NCBI GenBank assembly: GCA_913060865.1
Contig: CAJXTU010000006.1
Span: forward strand, 19,009-83,008
Origin: an uncultured Cycloclasticus sp.
GTDB taxonomy: Bacteria > Pseudomonadota > Gammaproteobacteria > Methylococcales > Cycloclasticaceae
DNA: 64,000 bases
Direction of reading: 5' to 3'
A program made the translations under genes and the position numbers. This document shows positions 40,924 through 50,487 of this stretch, one piece after another; the stretch's first letter is position 1, and each line of letters begins with the position of its first letter. The notes under the pieces are model-generated. The model was not told the DNA's origin. It made no database searches and saw nothing but the letters and a program-made list of their open reading frames with translations.

Positions 40924-41868
40924 ATGTCTGTTTATACCGTCGTTGAGCGCGCTCAACTAATAACTCACTTAACGCATTATTCTGTAGGCGAGCTCGTTGA
41001 TTTTCAAGGTATCAGTTCGGGCATTGAAAATACTAATTATTTCGTTAGCACCACCCGTGGCGACTATGTATTAACTCTGTTTGAAGAATTGAAAGCTGAA
41101 GAGTTACCTTACTTTTTAACTATCATGGCCTTTGTTTCTGCCAATGGAGTACCTAGCGCCCAACCCATTTGTAACAACGATGGTTCCTATCTTTCTACGC
41201 TAAATGGCAAACCCGCAGCCTTGGTTGAAAAGCTAGCCGGGGGAGATATTGAAACGCCAAACACAACACAGTGCGCCGTTATCGGCGAAGCAATGGCGAA
41301 TTTTCACCTAGCCAGCTTAAAACTCGATATTCATCGCGACAATAGCCGGGGTGCAAATTGGAGGCAGCAAGCCGCTGAATTACTACTGCCTTTGGTTAAC
41401 GAAAGCTCAGCAGAACTTATTCAAGATGAGCTAACGTTTCAAGCTCCTTACAAGCAGTTAAATCTACCAAAAAGCGTTATCCACGCCGACTTATTTAGAG
41501 ATAACGCCTTATTTTCTGGCAATAAACTATCTGGCATTATTGATTTTTATTACGCCTGTAACGACTACTTTACTTACGACATAGCCGTTGCGGTAAATGA
41601 CTGGTGCGTCACTCCCAACGGGCTATTAGACCAAAAACGGTTCGACGCTTTCATATCGGCTTATCAGGCCATTCGGCCATTAACCGAAATGGAAATAACG
41701 CATTGGCCCATCGTAATACGCGCCGCAGCCTTTCGTTTTTGGTTATCAAGATTACGCGATGTACATTTCCCAAAAGAAGGCGAAATGACGCACCTAAAAG
41801 ACCCCGATGTAATGAAGCGTATTTTAAGCGCCCGTCGAGACTTCCCAGACAATTATCGTTTGGAATAA
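40924..41868 (+). CDS. thrB: Homoserine kinase, type II (APH fold)
   Basis: MSVYT, GIENTNYF, IHADLFRDN, IIDFYYAC, RFWLSRL. Confidence 0.95.
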   Translation: MSVYTVVERAQLITHLTHYSVGELVDFQGISSGIENTNYFVSTTRGDYVLTLFEELKAEELPYFLTIMAFVSANGVPSAQPICNNDGSYLSTLNGKPAALVEKLAGGDIETPNTTQCAVIGEAMANFHLASLKLDIHRDNSRGANWRQQAAELLLPLVNESSAELIQDELTFQAPYKQLNLPKSVIHADLFRDNALFSGNKLSGIIDFYYACNDYFTYDIAVAVNDWCVTPNGLLDQKRFDAFISAYQAIRPLTEMEITHWPIVIRAAAFRFWLSRLRDVHFPKEGEMTHLKDPDVMKRILSARRDFPDNYRLE

Positions 41869-41998
41869 TTGCTTCTCCACAACCACTGATACCTCTATAC
41901 ACTGTGATGGCAACCCCCATAAGTAAACTAATGCGTAAGCCTGTATTCGGTCAACAACTCGTTGTAACATATCGCCTTCATTATGAAATTCAAACCAT

Positions 41999-42502
41999 AT
42001 GCTCAATAAACTGATCTGTTGTATAGACTCTATTAACGAGACTATTTCTAATGTAGTGTCTTGGTTGGTTGCTTTAATGGTGATCACGATGTTTTGTATT
42101 GTTGTGTTGCGTTATGGTTTTAATATTGGCTCCATTGCCGCTCAAGAATCCATTACCTACATGCACGGCTTCGTCTTTATGCTGGCTATCGCGCATACGC
42201 TAAAAATAAACGGTCACGTTCGCGTCGATATTTTGTATCAGCGCTTAAAACCAAAAGGTCGCGCTATCGTTAATCTATTAGGTTCTCTCTTCTTATTACT
42301 CCCTGTTTGTGCGTTCATCATGTATATCAGCTGGGATTATGTATCCACCTCATGGGCATACTATGAGGGCTCTAGAGAGGCAGGCGGAATTAATGGCATT
42401 TTTCTACTTAAATCGTTAATTCCTCTCATGGCTGCTTTACTCTTTTTGCAGGGCTTGTCTGAGGCAATGAAGTCGATTTGCCAACTAAGTGAGAAACACT
42501 AA
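41999..42502 (+). CDS. TRAP transporter small permease (DctQ/FcbT2-like)
   Basis: VVLRYGF, GHVRVDILY, four TMs. Confidence 0.92.
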   Translation: MLNKLICCIDSINETISNVVSWLVALMVITMFCIVVLRYGFNIGSIAAQESITYMHGFVFMLAIAHTLKINGHVRVDILYQRLKPKGRAIVNLLGSLFLLLPVCAFIMYISWDYVSTSWAYYEGSREAGGINGIFLLKSLIPLMAALLFLQGLSEAMKSICQLSEKH

Positions 42503-43878
42503 TGGACGGTAGTATTGCTTTATGGATGTTCGGCGCGGTGTTTATCGTTTTATTGATGGGCTACCCTGTTGCTATTAGTTTAGCGGGAACCGCTCTAGTA
42601 TTTGCCTTTGCTGGCGATTATTTCGGTATCTTTGATGCCGCTTTTTTAGAAGCCTTACCCAATCGATTATTTGGCATTATAGAAAATGACACCTTGGTTG
42701 CCGTACCCTTGTTTGTCTTCATGGGGGTGATGCTGGAAAAGTCCAACGTCGCTGAGAGCTTATTGGAAAACATGTCCAAACTTTTCGGCAGTCTGCCCGG
42801 TGGTTTGGGCTTCTCGGTTGTTTTGGTCGGCATGCTAATGGCGGCTAGTACCGGCATCGTCGGCGCAACGGTAGTCACAATGGGCTTATTGTCCTTGCCA
42901 ACAATGTTAAAACGCCATTACGACTCTGCCTTGGCGTGTGGCACCATCTGCGCCTCTGGTACACTCGGCCAAATCATCCCCCCCTCTATCGTCTTAGTCC
43001 TATTAGGCGATGTGATCTCATCGGCCTATCAACAAGCTCAATTAGATATGGGCATCTTTTCACCAGAAACCGTGTCAGTTGGTGACTTATTTGCCGGCGC
43101 TTTAATTCCGGGTATTATTCTGGTTATCTTGTATTTAGTCTATCTAGCAGGCCTCGCCTTAGTTAAACCATCGGTTTGCCCTGCAATACCAGCTGAAAAA
43201 CTGAGTACTTCACTGTTTATAGAGTTAGTAAAAGGTCTTTTCCCACCGCTTATTTTAATCATGGCCGTATTAGGGTCTATCATTGCTGGCGCTGCCACCC
43301 CAACTGAAGCTGCCGCAGTCGGCGCGATGGGTGCTACTTTTTTAGCTTACTTAAAAAAACAGCTCAGCATTAAGCAGTTAAAAGATGTTGCTCAAAACAC
43401 CACTCAAGTGACCAGCATGGTGTTTTTTATACTCATTGGCGCCTCGTTATTTTCACTGGTCTTTAGAGGCTTTGGTGGCGATGAGCTCATAGAAGAATTC
43501 TTATCGAACCTACCTGGCGGTGCGTTTGGTGCTGTATTAGTGGTCATGCTAGTGATGTTTCTTTTAGGTTTCGTTTTAGACTTTATCGAAATCACCTTTG
43601 TTGTCGTTCCTATTGTTGCCCCTATTTTATTGGCCATGGATATCAACCCTGTTTGGCTAGGCATCATGATAGCCTTAAACTTACAAACATCATTCCTCAC
43701 GCCACCGTTTGGTTTTGCCTTATTTTATTTACGGGGTGTTGCACCTGCATCAATTAAAACCAGTCAAATCTACCGGGGTGTTATACCGTTTATTTTAATT
43801 CAACTGTTCCTATTAGCTTTATTAGCTGTTTGGCCTGATTTAGCTACTTGGCTTCCCAACATCATTTACAACAATTGA
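42502..43878 (+). CDS. TRAP transporter large permease (DctM/FcbT3-like)
   Basis: AVPLFVFMG, GTLGQIIPPS, ATPTEAAAVG, SFLTPPFG. Confidence 0.93.
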   Translation: MDGSIALWMFGAVFIVLLMGYPVAISLAGTALVFAFAGDYFGIFDAAFLEALPNRLFGIIENDTLVAVPLFVFMGVMLEKSNVAESLLENMSKLFGSLPGGLGFSVVLVGMLMAASTGIVGATVVTMGLLSLPTMLKRHYDSALACGTICASGTLGQIIPPSIVLVLLGDVISSAYQQAQLDMGIFSPETVSVGDLFAGALIPGIILVILYLVYLAGLALVKPSVCPAIPAEKLSTSLFIELVKGLFPPLILIMAVLGSIIAGAATPTEAAAVGAMGATFLAYLKKQLSIKQLKDVAQNTTQVTSMVFFILIGASLFSLVFRGFGGDELIEEFLSNLPGGAFGAVLVVMLVMFLLGFVLDFIEITFVVVPIVAPILLAMDINPVWLGIMIALNLQTSFLTPPFGFALFYLRGVAPASIKTSQIYRGVIPFILIQLFLLALLAVWPDLATWLPNIIYNN

Positions 43879-43972
43879 CTTTAATCACCTATAAACAAAT
43901 CTTATGTGTAATAACATTGCTTTTTTAAGGGTCAGTAATAGACTAAATGGAATGTAACCAACGAGGGTTAAA

Positions 43973-46105
43973 ATGTCATCTGTAGCAGAAGTCAGTAATA
44001 ACGTAAAAATAACTAAAACTATTGTGCTGAATACAGGCACTGTTGCACAAAAGCGAGAAGAAATTCGCGATTACTTGCATAAAACCTTCCAATTGGAAGA
44101 GCAACTATACGAAGCGCTGACATCTGATGAAGCCTTCTATCTAAGACCTGAATCACTTCGCCACCCACTGGTTTTTTATTACGGTCATACCGCTACTTTT
44201 TTCATTAACAAATTAACGCTCGCCTCTCTCATTCATCAACGCGTTAACCCACGTTTTGAATCCATCTTCGCTGTTGGTGTTGATGAAATGTCCTGGGATG
44301 ATTTAAATGAATCGAATTATGACTGGCCCAGTATTGCTGAGGTCCGTGAATACCGGCAAACCGTGCTGACGCTTATTGACTCACTCATAAGCACGCTACC
44401 GCTCGACCTACCCATCACTTGGGAAAGCCCTTTTTGGCCTATCCTCATGGGTATTGAACATCAACGCATTCATATTGAAACCTCCTCAGCTATCATTCGT
44501 CAAATGCCCCTTGAGTACTTGCAACCGCATAGTACTTGGACTGTTTGCCCTCACGTTGGAGAGTCACCTACTAATCAGTTACTCGATGTGGAAAGTGGCC
44601 GTATTAAACTGGGCAAAGATAAAAACCACAAAACCTACGGCTGGGATAACGAATACGGCGAGAAAGTTGCCGACATTCAAGAGTTTTCCGCCAGTAAGTA
44701 CCTTGTCTCAAATGGTGAGTTTCTCAGCTTCATAAAAGACAATGGCTATCATCAAAAAAGATTTTGGACCGAAGAGGGCTGGAACTGGGTGCAATATAAA
44801 AAACCCGAGCACCCGCTTTTTTGGATACAAAAGGACGATCGCTACCTTCTTCGTACCTTATTAGAAGAACAAGAAATGCCTTGGAATTGGCCAGCAGAAG
44901 TGAATTACTTAGAGGCTAAAGCTTTTTGTAACTGGCTAAGCGATAAAAAAGGAACCACTATTCGCTTACCCACCGAAGAGCAATGGCAGCACTTACATGA
45001 ATTGCATGATATTCCAGATCAACCCGAATGGGAGCAAGCACCGGGTAATATTAATCTTGAACACTGGGCATCTGCCTGCCCTGTTGATCACTTTGCCTTT
45101 GGCGAATTTCACGATTTAATCGGCAATGCTTGGCAATGGACAGAAACACCCATCAGCGGTTTCGATGGCTTTGAAGTCCACCCTTTATATGATGACTTCT
45201 CAACACCCACCTTCGACACACAACACAACTTAATTAAAGGCGGCTGTTGGATTTCCACTGGAAACGAAGCCACCAAACACGCGCGCTATGCCTTTAGACG
45301 TCATTTTTATCAACACGCGGGTTTCCGCTATGTAGAATCAAATCAACCTATGGAAAAACCAACCGCTATGTACGAAACCGATACCGCTGTCTCACAATAT
45401 TGTCACTTTCACTACGGCCCTAGTTATTTTGATGTGGAAGATCTCTCTGCTCATTGTGTTCGGCTATGCATGGAAAAACTCGACGCTAAACCGACCGCTC
45501 GCGCACTCGATTTAGGCTGCGCTGTTGGTCGCGCTTCTTTTGAACTAGCACAACACTTTGACACCGTAACAGGCATTGACTTCTCTGCACGTTTTATTCG
45601 TATCGCCCATCAAATGCAGCAAAAAGGCAACATTCATTACGAATTGATTGAAGAAGGCGAGATCGTGTCCTACCACGAACAAACACTTGAGCAGATTGGC
45701 CTAAGCAAAAACCAAGAAAATATTGAGTTTTTTCAAGGCGATGCTACTAATCTAAAACCCCAGTTCACGAATTACGACCTAGTGTTAGCTATTAACCTCA
45801 TTGATCGATTACGCACACCCGCTGTTTTCCTCGATGATATTCGCCATAGAATTAACGTTGGCGGCGTATTAGCCATTGCTTCACCGTACACTTGGCTGGA
45901 AGAGTTCACCCCTAAAGAAAACTGGCTAGGCGGCATCCGTAAAGATGGTGAACCGTATTCCACCTTAGAAGGCTTAAAGGATCATTTAGGCGTACATTTC
46001 AAATTGATTAACGAGCCTACGGATGTCCCTTTCGTTATCCGTGATACTAAACGGAAGTTTCAGCACAGCTTTAGTCAACTAAGTATTTGGCAGCGCATAT
46101 CGTAA
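43973..46105 (+). CDS. ovoA: 5-histidylcysteine sulfoxide synthase with C-terminal methyltransferase (ovothiol biosynthesis)
   Basis: LRHPLVFYYGH, HQRIHIE (HX3HXE iron motif), FGE-sulfatase domain ending RRHFYQHAGFR, YETD..VSQY, SAM motif LDLGCAVGR. Confidence 0.93.
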   Translation: MSSVAEVSNNVKITKTIVLNTGTVAQKREEIRDYLHKTFQLEEQLYEALTSDEAFYLRPESLRHPLVFYYGHTATFFINKLTLASLIHQRVNPRFESIFAVGVDEMSWDDLNESNYDWPSIAEVREYRQTVLTLIDSLISTLPLDLPITWESPFWPILMGIEHQRIHIETSSAIIRQMPLEYLQPHSTWTVCPHVGESPTNQLLDVESGRIKLGKDKNHKTYGWDNEYGEKVADIQEFSASKYLVSNGEFLSFIKDNGYHQKRFWTEEGWNWVQYKKPEHPLFWIQKDDRYLLRTLLEEQEMPWNWPAEVNYLEAKAFCNWLSDKKGTTIRLPTEEQWQHLHELHDIPDQPEWEQAPGNINLEHWASACPVDHFAFGEFHDLIGNAWQWTETPISGFDGFEVHPLYDDFSTPTFDTQHNLIKGGCWISTGNEATKHARYAFRRHFYQHAGFRYVESNQPMEKPTAMYETDTAVSQYCHFHYGPSYFDVEDLSAHCVRLCMEKLDAKPTARALDLGCAVGRASFELAQHFDTVTGIDFSARFIRIAHQMQQKGNIHYELIEEGEIVSYHEQTLEQIGLSKNQENIEFFQGDATNLKPQFTNYDLVLAINLIDRLRTPAVFLDDIRHRINVGGVLAIASPYTWLEEFTPKENWLGGIRKDGEPYSTLEGLKDHLGVHFKLINEPTDVPFVIRDTKRKFQHSFSQLSIWQRIS

Positions 46106-46107
46106 CT

Positions 46108-46665
46108 ATGGCCGATAATATCGACACCCCCGTTACCGTTTCGATTGCCCGTAAAATACGTCCTGGTGCCGAAGCGCAATATGAGGATTGGTTGCACCGC
46201 ATTTCAGAAGTCGCCACACACTTCCCTGGCCACCAAGGCGTACATATCCTAAAGCCTTCATCAAAAACCAGCGGCGAATATGTGTTAATTGTTGGCTTTA
46301 ATAGCTATGCAAGACAAAAGGCATGGGAAGACTCGGCCGAAAGGCAACAGTTTCTCGATGAGTTAAGCGAAAAAAAGCTGACTGAAGGCGATGCCGAAAT
46401 CAAAAAAGTCTCAGGGCTTGAATTTTGGTTCACCCTACCTGAAATACCCGCATCCGCTACTCCCAACCGTCATAAAATGGCACTGATATTAATTGTAGTT
46501 GTTTTTTCTTTATTAGTGTCCATCAACCTTATCTTTGGGCAGTGGCTAAACCTATTGCCTTTTATCTTGAAGCTTGCGGTGATGGTCATTGGACAAGTAT
46601 TACTGATGACTTATCTTGTGATGCCAGCCATAACACGGGTATTGAAAAATTGGCTATATCGCTAA
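46108..46665 (+). CDS. ABM (antibiotic biosynthesis monooxygenase)-fold protein with two C-terminal TM helices
   Basis: ATG 2 bp after the ovoA stop; VTVSIARKIRPG..YEDW...FPGHQG...W..S.ER; hydrophobic C-terminus. Confidence 0.75.
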   Translation: MADNIDTPVTVSIARKIRPGAEAQYEDWLHRISEVATHFPGHQGVHILKPSSKTSGEYVLIVGFNSYARQKAWEDSAERQQFLDELSEKKLTEGDAEIKKVSGLEFWFTLPEIPASATPNRHKMALILIVVVFSLLVSINLIFGQWLNLLPFILKLAVMVIGQVLLMTYLVMPAITRVLKNWLYR

Positions 46666-46680
46666 GAAAGGCCCTTATTA

Positions 46681-47139
46681 CTAGCTGTGCTGCTGCAAAT
46701 CAGTACGTATCCACTCTGCCATTTTAGTGGCACGCGCTAGCCAAACACCTGCCGTCTCTTTAGTTAAGTGTTCATGCAAGTTTGTGGAAAATAACTGTAT
46801 CCAATCATCGATCAGTATCGGCGGAATTTTTAAATGACGATGCACGAAATGAGGGTTATAAATATCTTCACGGTAACGTTCGCCACCTAAGTCAATCCAC
46901 CAAAAATGGCCGATTCTAGCCTTAAGCTCATCCCAATCTTTAACCTCAGAAAAGTAACCACCAAGAGTTGGATGCTCCTTAACAAGGTCATAGAAGCTAT
47001 TGACCACTACCTGGATTCTTTCTTTACCTAACGTATCGTACAATTGTCGATAAGCCTTGTTAGAATTTAATTCTTCTGCCTTCTTGTCCAATTCATCCTC
47101 CTCAGATAAACCATTCGCAACGGACGCCCCTTTTAACAT
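46681..47139 (-). CDS. Truncated (2/2) hemoglobin, group III-like
   Basis: VNSFY (B9-B10), YF, DW...I.HFW, GGERY, proximal H (FVHRHL), DDWIQLF. Confidence 0.75.
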   Translation of the reverse strand: MLKGASVANGLSEEDELDKKAEELNSNKAYRQLYDTLGKERIQVVVNSFYDLVKEHPTLGGYFSEVKDWDELKARIGHFWWIDLGGERYREDIYNPHFVHRHLKIPPILIDDWIQLFSTNLHEHLTKETAGVWLARATKMAEWIRTDLQQHS

Positions 47140-47267
47140 AACAAGACTGAGGACGCTGATTATTTAAAATAACCCAGCATCATTACCATTTAAGTAGCAT
47201 CCTATCTAAACCAATAGAAAAACTATTTTGTAAGTTATATAGTGAGTTAGCACATTTTATAAGGAGC

Positions 47268-47852
47268 ATGAACATGGATACTGTTATAGATAACGTAGAT
47301 TACGGCCCATTGGCCCAACTGATTGGAAAGTGGTCTGGCAATGTAGGCTTAGACATTGCTCCCGACGCAGATGCAAACCCAGATGAAAGCCCCTTTACCA
47401 ATGTCATCACCTTTACGGTTGCGGGTGCTGCTGACAATGCAGAAGAGCAAAAACTGGTTGCGGTAAAATACCACCATGTCGTTCGTAGAGCCGACAACGG
47501 CCATATTTTTCACGATCAAATTGGCCATTGGATTTACGAGCCTAGCAGCCAAGTCATCATGCACTCATTAACGATTCCCAGAGGTGTTTGCCTACTCGCT
47601 GGAGGCACGTTTAAGCAAACTAACGACGAAAGCATTTTTGATGTAAAGGCAACGGCAGGTAGCGATAGTTATGGCATTGTTCAATCTCCATTTATGCTAG
47701 AAAAAGCAAAAACAAATGCTTTTCATATGCAAATGACCGTTAAACATGATGAATTAAGCTATCGCGAAGTAACCTCTCTTCATATTTACGGCAAAGATTT
47801 TGAGCACATAGACACCAGCACTCTTCAACGTATTACTTACGACCAAGACTAA
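47268..47852 (+). CDS. Nitrobindin/DUF1794-like heme-binding beta-barrel protein
   Basis: YGPLAQLIGKWSG, FHDQIGHW, SLTIPRG, C-terminal FEH.D...L histidine. Confidence 0.75.
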   Translation: MNMDTVIDNVDYGPLAQLIGKWSGNVGLDIAPDADANPDESPFTNVITFTVAGAADNAEEQKLVAVKYHHVVRRADNGHIFHDQIGHWIYEPSSQVIMHSLTIPRGVCLLAGGTFKQTNDESIFDVKATAGSDSYGIVQSPFMLEKAKTNAFHMQMTVKHDELSYREVTSLHIYGKDFEHIDTSTLQRITYDQD

Positions 47853-48039
47853 GTACTATTTTAGCTGAAATAGCGTTACTGGTATTAACCTTTAAATGAG
47901 TTGAGGGGTTCCACATTAGCATTTAAGGCAAGAACGAGTACTTAAGGAACAAACTTTATTACTGAGTGATTTGATCTTGACGACCAATACCAACATACTT
48001 AAGCCTTGTGCAGAATAATAACTCAACAGGAGAAACGCC

Positions 48040-48363
48040 TTGTCAACATCTGTCTACGCACTCAATCTATTTAATATAGTCAGTAAAGAAGAATACCTTG
48101 CGTACGCCAAACGCTCCGTCAAAGAAGTCAAAAGCCATCATGGCCGAGTTATAGCGCTAGGTAAACACCATGAATCTGTTGCAGGAGACCTCTCCCCTCG
48201 CCAGGTATTTATATTGGTTGAATGGGCGTCAAAAGAAGCCTTTGACAGTTACTGTAACGATCCCGCTCTAGCAGATTTGCACCCTCATCGAGAAAATGGA
48301 ACTAAAGACTATATATGGCAACTGTTTGAGAAAACCGAAGACCTTAGGCCCTTCTTTAATTAA
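48040..48363 (+). CDS. DUF1330-like dimeric alpha-beta barrel protein
   Basis: TTG start with GGAG RBS; Y.AY......HHGRV, ILVEWAS.EAF..Y. Confidence 0.7.
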   Translation: MSTSVYALNLFNIVSKEEYLAYAKRSVKEVKSHHGRVIALGKHHESVAGDLSPRQVFILVEWASKEAFDSYCNDPALADLHPHRENGTKDYIWQLFEKTEDLRPFFN

Positions 48364-48429
48364 CACCCTTACGGCTCTAAGAGAGCTTTACCGAAAACTG
48401 TGCTACATTAACTTTAAGGGAAGCAACGA

Positions 48430-48461
48430 AAATCAAACTGGCTAGTCGTTTGATTTCTTTT
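48430..48461 (+). terminator. Terminator-like hairpin
   Basis: AAATCAAAC-N9-GTTTGATTT followed by CTTTT. Confidence 0.5.
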
Positions 48462-48493
48462 ACGCAAACATTAAGCATTTAAGGAAGGTTAAT

Positions 48494-48994
48494 ATGGACT
48501 GGGGCATTGTAATAGCCATTTGCGAGATTATAGGTGCGGTAGCTATCGTGGCCACTTTAGCGTACTTATCAGTTCAAATAAGACAAAACGCAAAGGCACT
48601 GGAACGACAAGAAGACATAGCGCGGAGCCAGATATTGCAGAATAGAGCTGATTCAGTAACCAATTTAGCCGTGCTCATGTCCTCTGTCCAAGAAAATGTA
48701 GAGCTCGTAACAAAATTGAAGTCCTCCGAAGAAATTGGCCCCGCAGACCTCTCGCCAGAAGAAAAAATCCGCGCTTACCTACTCTTAACTGCGTTACGAT
48801 CTAATCTTGAAAATACCTATTTGCAATATAAAAGAGGCTACCTACCTGAGGACTTTTATAAAACCGCAGGCGTGAAAAATAACAGAGACTGGGGAGCACT
48901 ACTTATAAAATTTGGCATGCCCCTAACCGAAGACTTCAAAATGGAGCTTGTGAGAATCATTACTGCCACAGAAAACACGGGGGATACGACTTAA
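48494..48994 (+). CDS. Hypothetical protein with N-terminal membrane anchor
   Basis: AAGGAAGG RBS; EIIGAVAIVATLAYLSVQIRQN anchor followed by a helical domain. Confidence 0.75.
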   Translation: MDWGIVIAICEIIGAVAIVATLAYLSVQIRQNAKALERQEDIARSQILQNRADSVTNLAVLMSSVQENVELVTKLKSSEEIGPADLSPEEKIRAYLLLTALRSNLENTYLQYKRGYLPEDFYKTAGVKNNRDWGALLIKFGMPLTEDFKMELVRIITATENTGDTT

Positions 48995-49204
48995 CTACTC
49001 TATAAACTTATGCTTTTACTTCATGCTTGGGCGAACAAAAAAATAAACGCTCAGAAGAGCACCAAGAAGTTAAAATATAAACGGTCTTACAATAATAAAC
49101 GTACACATACAGCAACCAATGGAATACCAGCAAGGCAGTTAAAGGTGGCTTGACTTCGACTATTAACAGGGAAAACTCACTCCTCCTCAATAATTGGCTC
49201 AATA

Positions 49205-50232
49205 ATGACTCGAATACAAAATATAAGAAAGCGGGCATTTAACGTCCTTGAAATTGGCGAAAAAGGTGACCGTCTAAGTCGAATTATCGACATCCTATTA
49301 ATATCTCTTATCTCACTGAATGTTCTTTCTGTCATCCTAGAAACACTTCCGTCACTGCAAAATAAATATCAACTTTTCTTTGACCGTTTTGAATTTTTTC
49401 CGTCTGTATCTTTAGCATCGAATACTTTGCCCGTGCTTGGAGTGCTGTAGAAAGTTCTGACAAAGACTACACGCACCCTTTCTGGGGGCGGTTACGCTAT
49501 ATGCTCACACCGATGGCCTTGATCGAGCTTATTGTAATATTACCATTCTATTTAGGAATGTTTCTACCTGTTGACCTACGTTTCATGAGGGTTCTAAGAC
49601 TGCTTCGGGTCTTCAAGTTAACGCGTTATTCCTCATCCATGTCATTACTATTACAAGTATTAGCAGACGAAGCCAAATCAATTGGAGCAGCGCTTTTCAT
49701 CTTATTTATTATGATTATTATGGCGTCCAGCCTCATATATCTTGCCGAACATGAAGCTCAACCTGAGACATTTAACAGCATTCCCGCCTCTATGTGGTGG
49801 TCTGTTATCACCATGACCAGTATTGGTTACGGTGACGTCATACCCATTACCGTCATCGGAAAAATACTAGCCTCAATCATCGGCATCATCAGTATTGGCA
49901 TTGTTGCACTCCCAGCAGGTCTTTTGGCATCAGGCTTCAGTGAAGCTCTGAGGCAGCGTCGCGCCCATTATGAAAAATTGGTAGACAATGTATTAAGCGA
50001 TGGCATTATTAGCCCAGTCGAAGAAAAAGAACTTAAAGACTCACAAGAAAACCTTGGTTTAAGCAGGGATGAAGCTGACTCAATCCTTAATAGTGGCCGT
50101 ACTAAACAGGCAGAAAAGAAAATAGAGAGTGTCGTGACCGACCTTGAAAAGGAAATAAAAATCGCTCTCAATAATGAATGCCCTCATTGTGGAAAGCCCG
50201 TAGATTGGCGCCAAGAAAAAAGAAAACAATGA
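49205..50232 (+). pseudogene. Voltage-gated-type K+ channel (ion transporter) split by a 1-nt frameshift
   Basis: The T6 run at 49394-49399 joins ORFs 49205-49450 and 49501-50232; a seventh T gives FEFFSVCIFSIEYFARAWS...; S4 LRFMRVLRLLRVFKLTRY, filter TSIGYGD. Confidence 0.85.
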
Positions 50233-50487
50233 CACCCCCGTCGTCAGAAACAACTTCCGCAGGGGACCTTATAAAGCCGATTGAGTAATCAGCTCGATAG
50301 GCCTTGGAACGTCGATCTTGGCAGCTAGTTCAGCGTTGCCACACAGGCTAAACATTAGGTCTATAGCCTCTAGTACTAATCAGTTCGCTTTCAGACTCAG
50401 GCACTACCTTTTTTGATAACCCAGTACCAACAAATTTTTGTTCCATGTTATTTGAAAGTAAGTGTCATTCTTAACTCATTAACCAAC

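Noticed and set aside
41869-41998. Possible small membrane-protein remnant on the minus strand between thrB and dctQ (TGLRISLLMGVAITVYRGISGC)
   Set aside because: Short, interrupted by a stop, running into thrB antisense, and not assignable to any family by eye.
43875-43888. FNR-like TTGAC-TTTA-ATCAC upstream of ovoA
   Set aside because: Two mismatches and overlap with the dctM stop codon; not distinguishable from chance.
47853-49204. Integron cassette array (small genes, ACTTAAC at the stop of the 48494 gene)
   Set aside because: There is no matching GTTRRRY with complementary L boxes at suitable distance, no repeated attC and no integrase.
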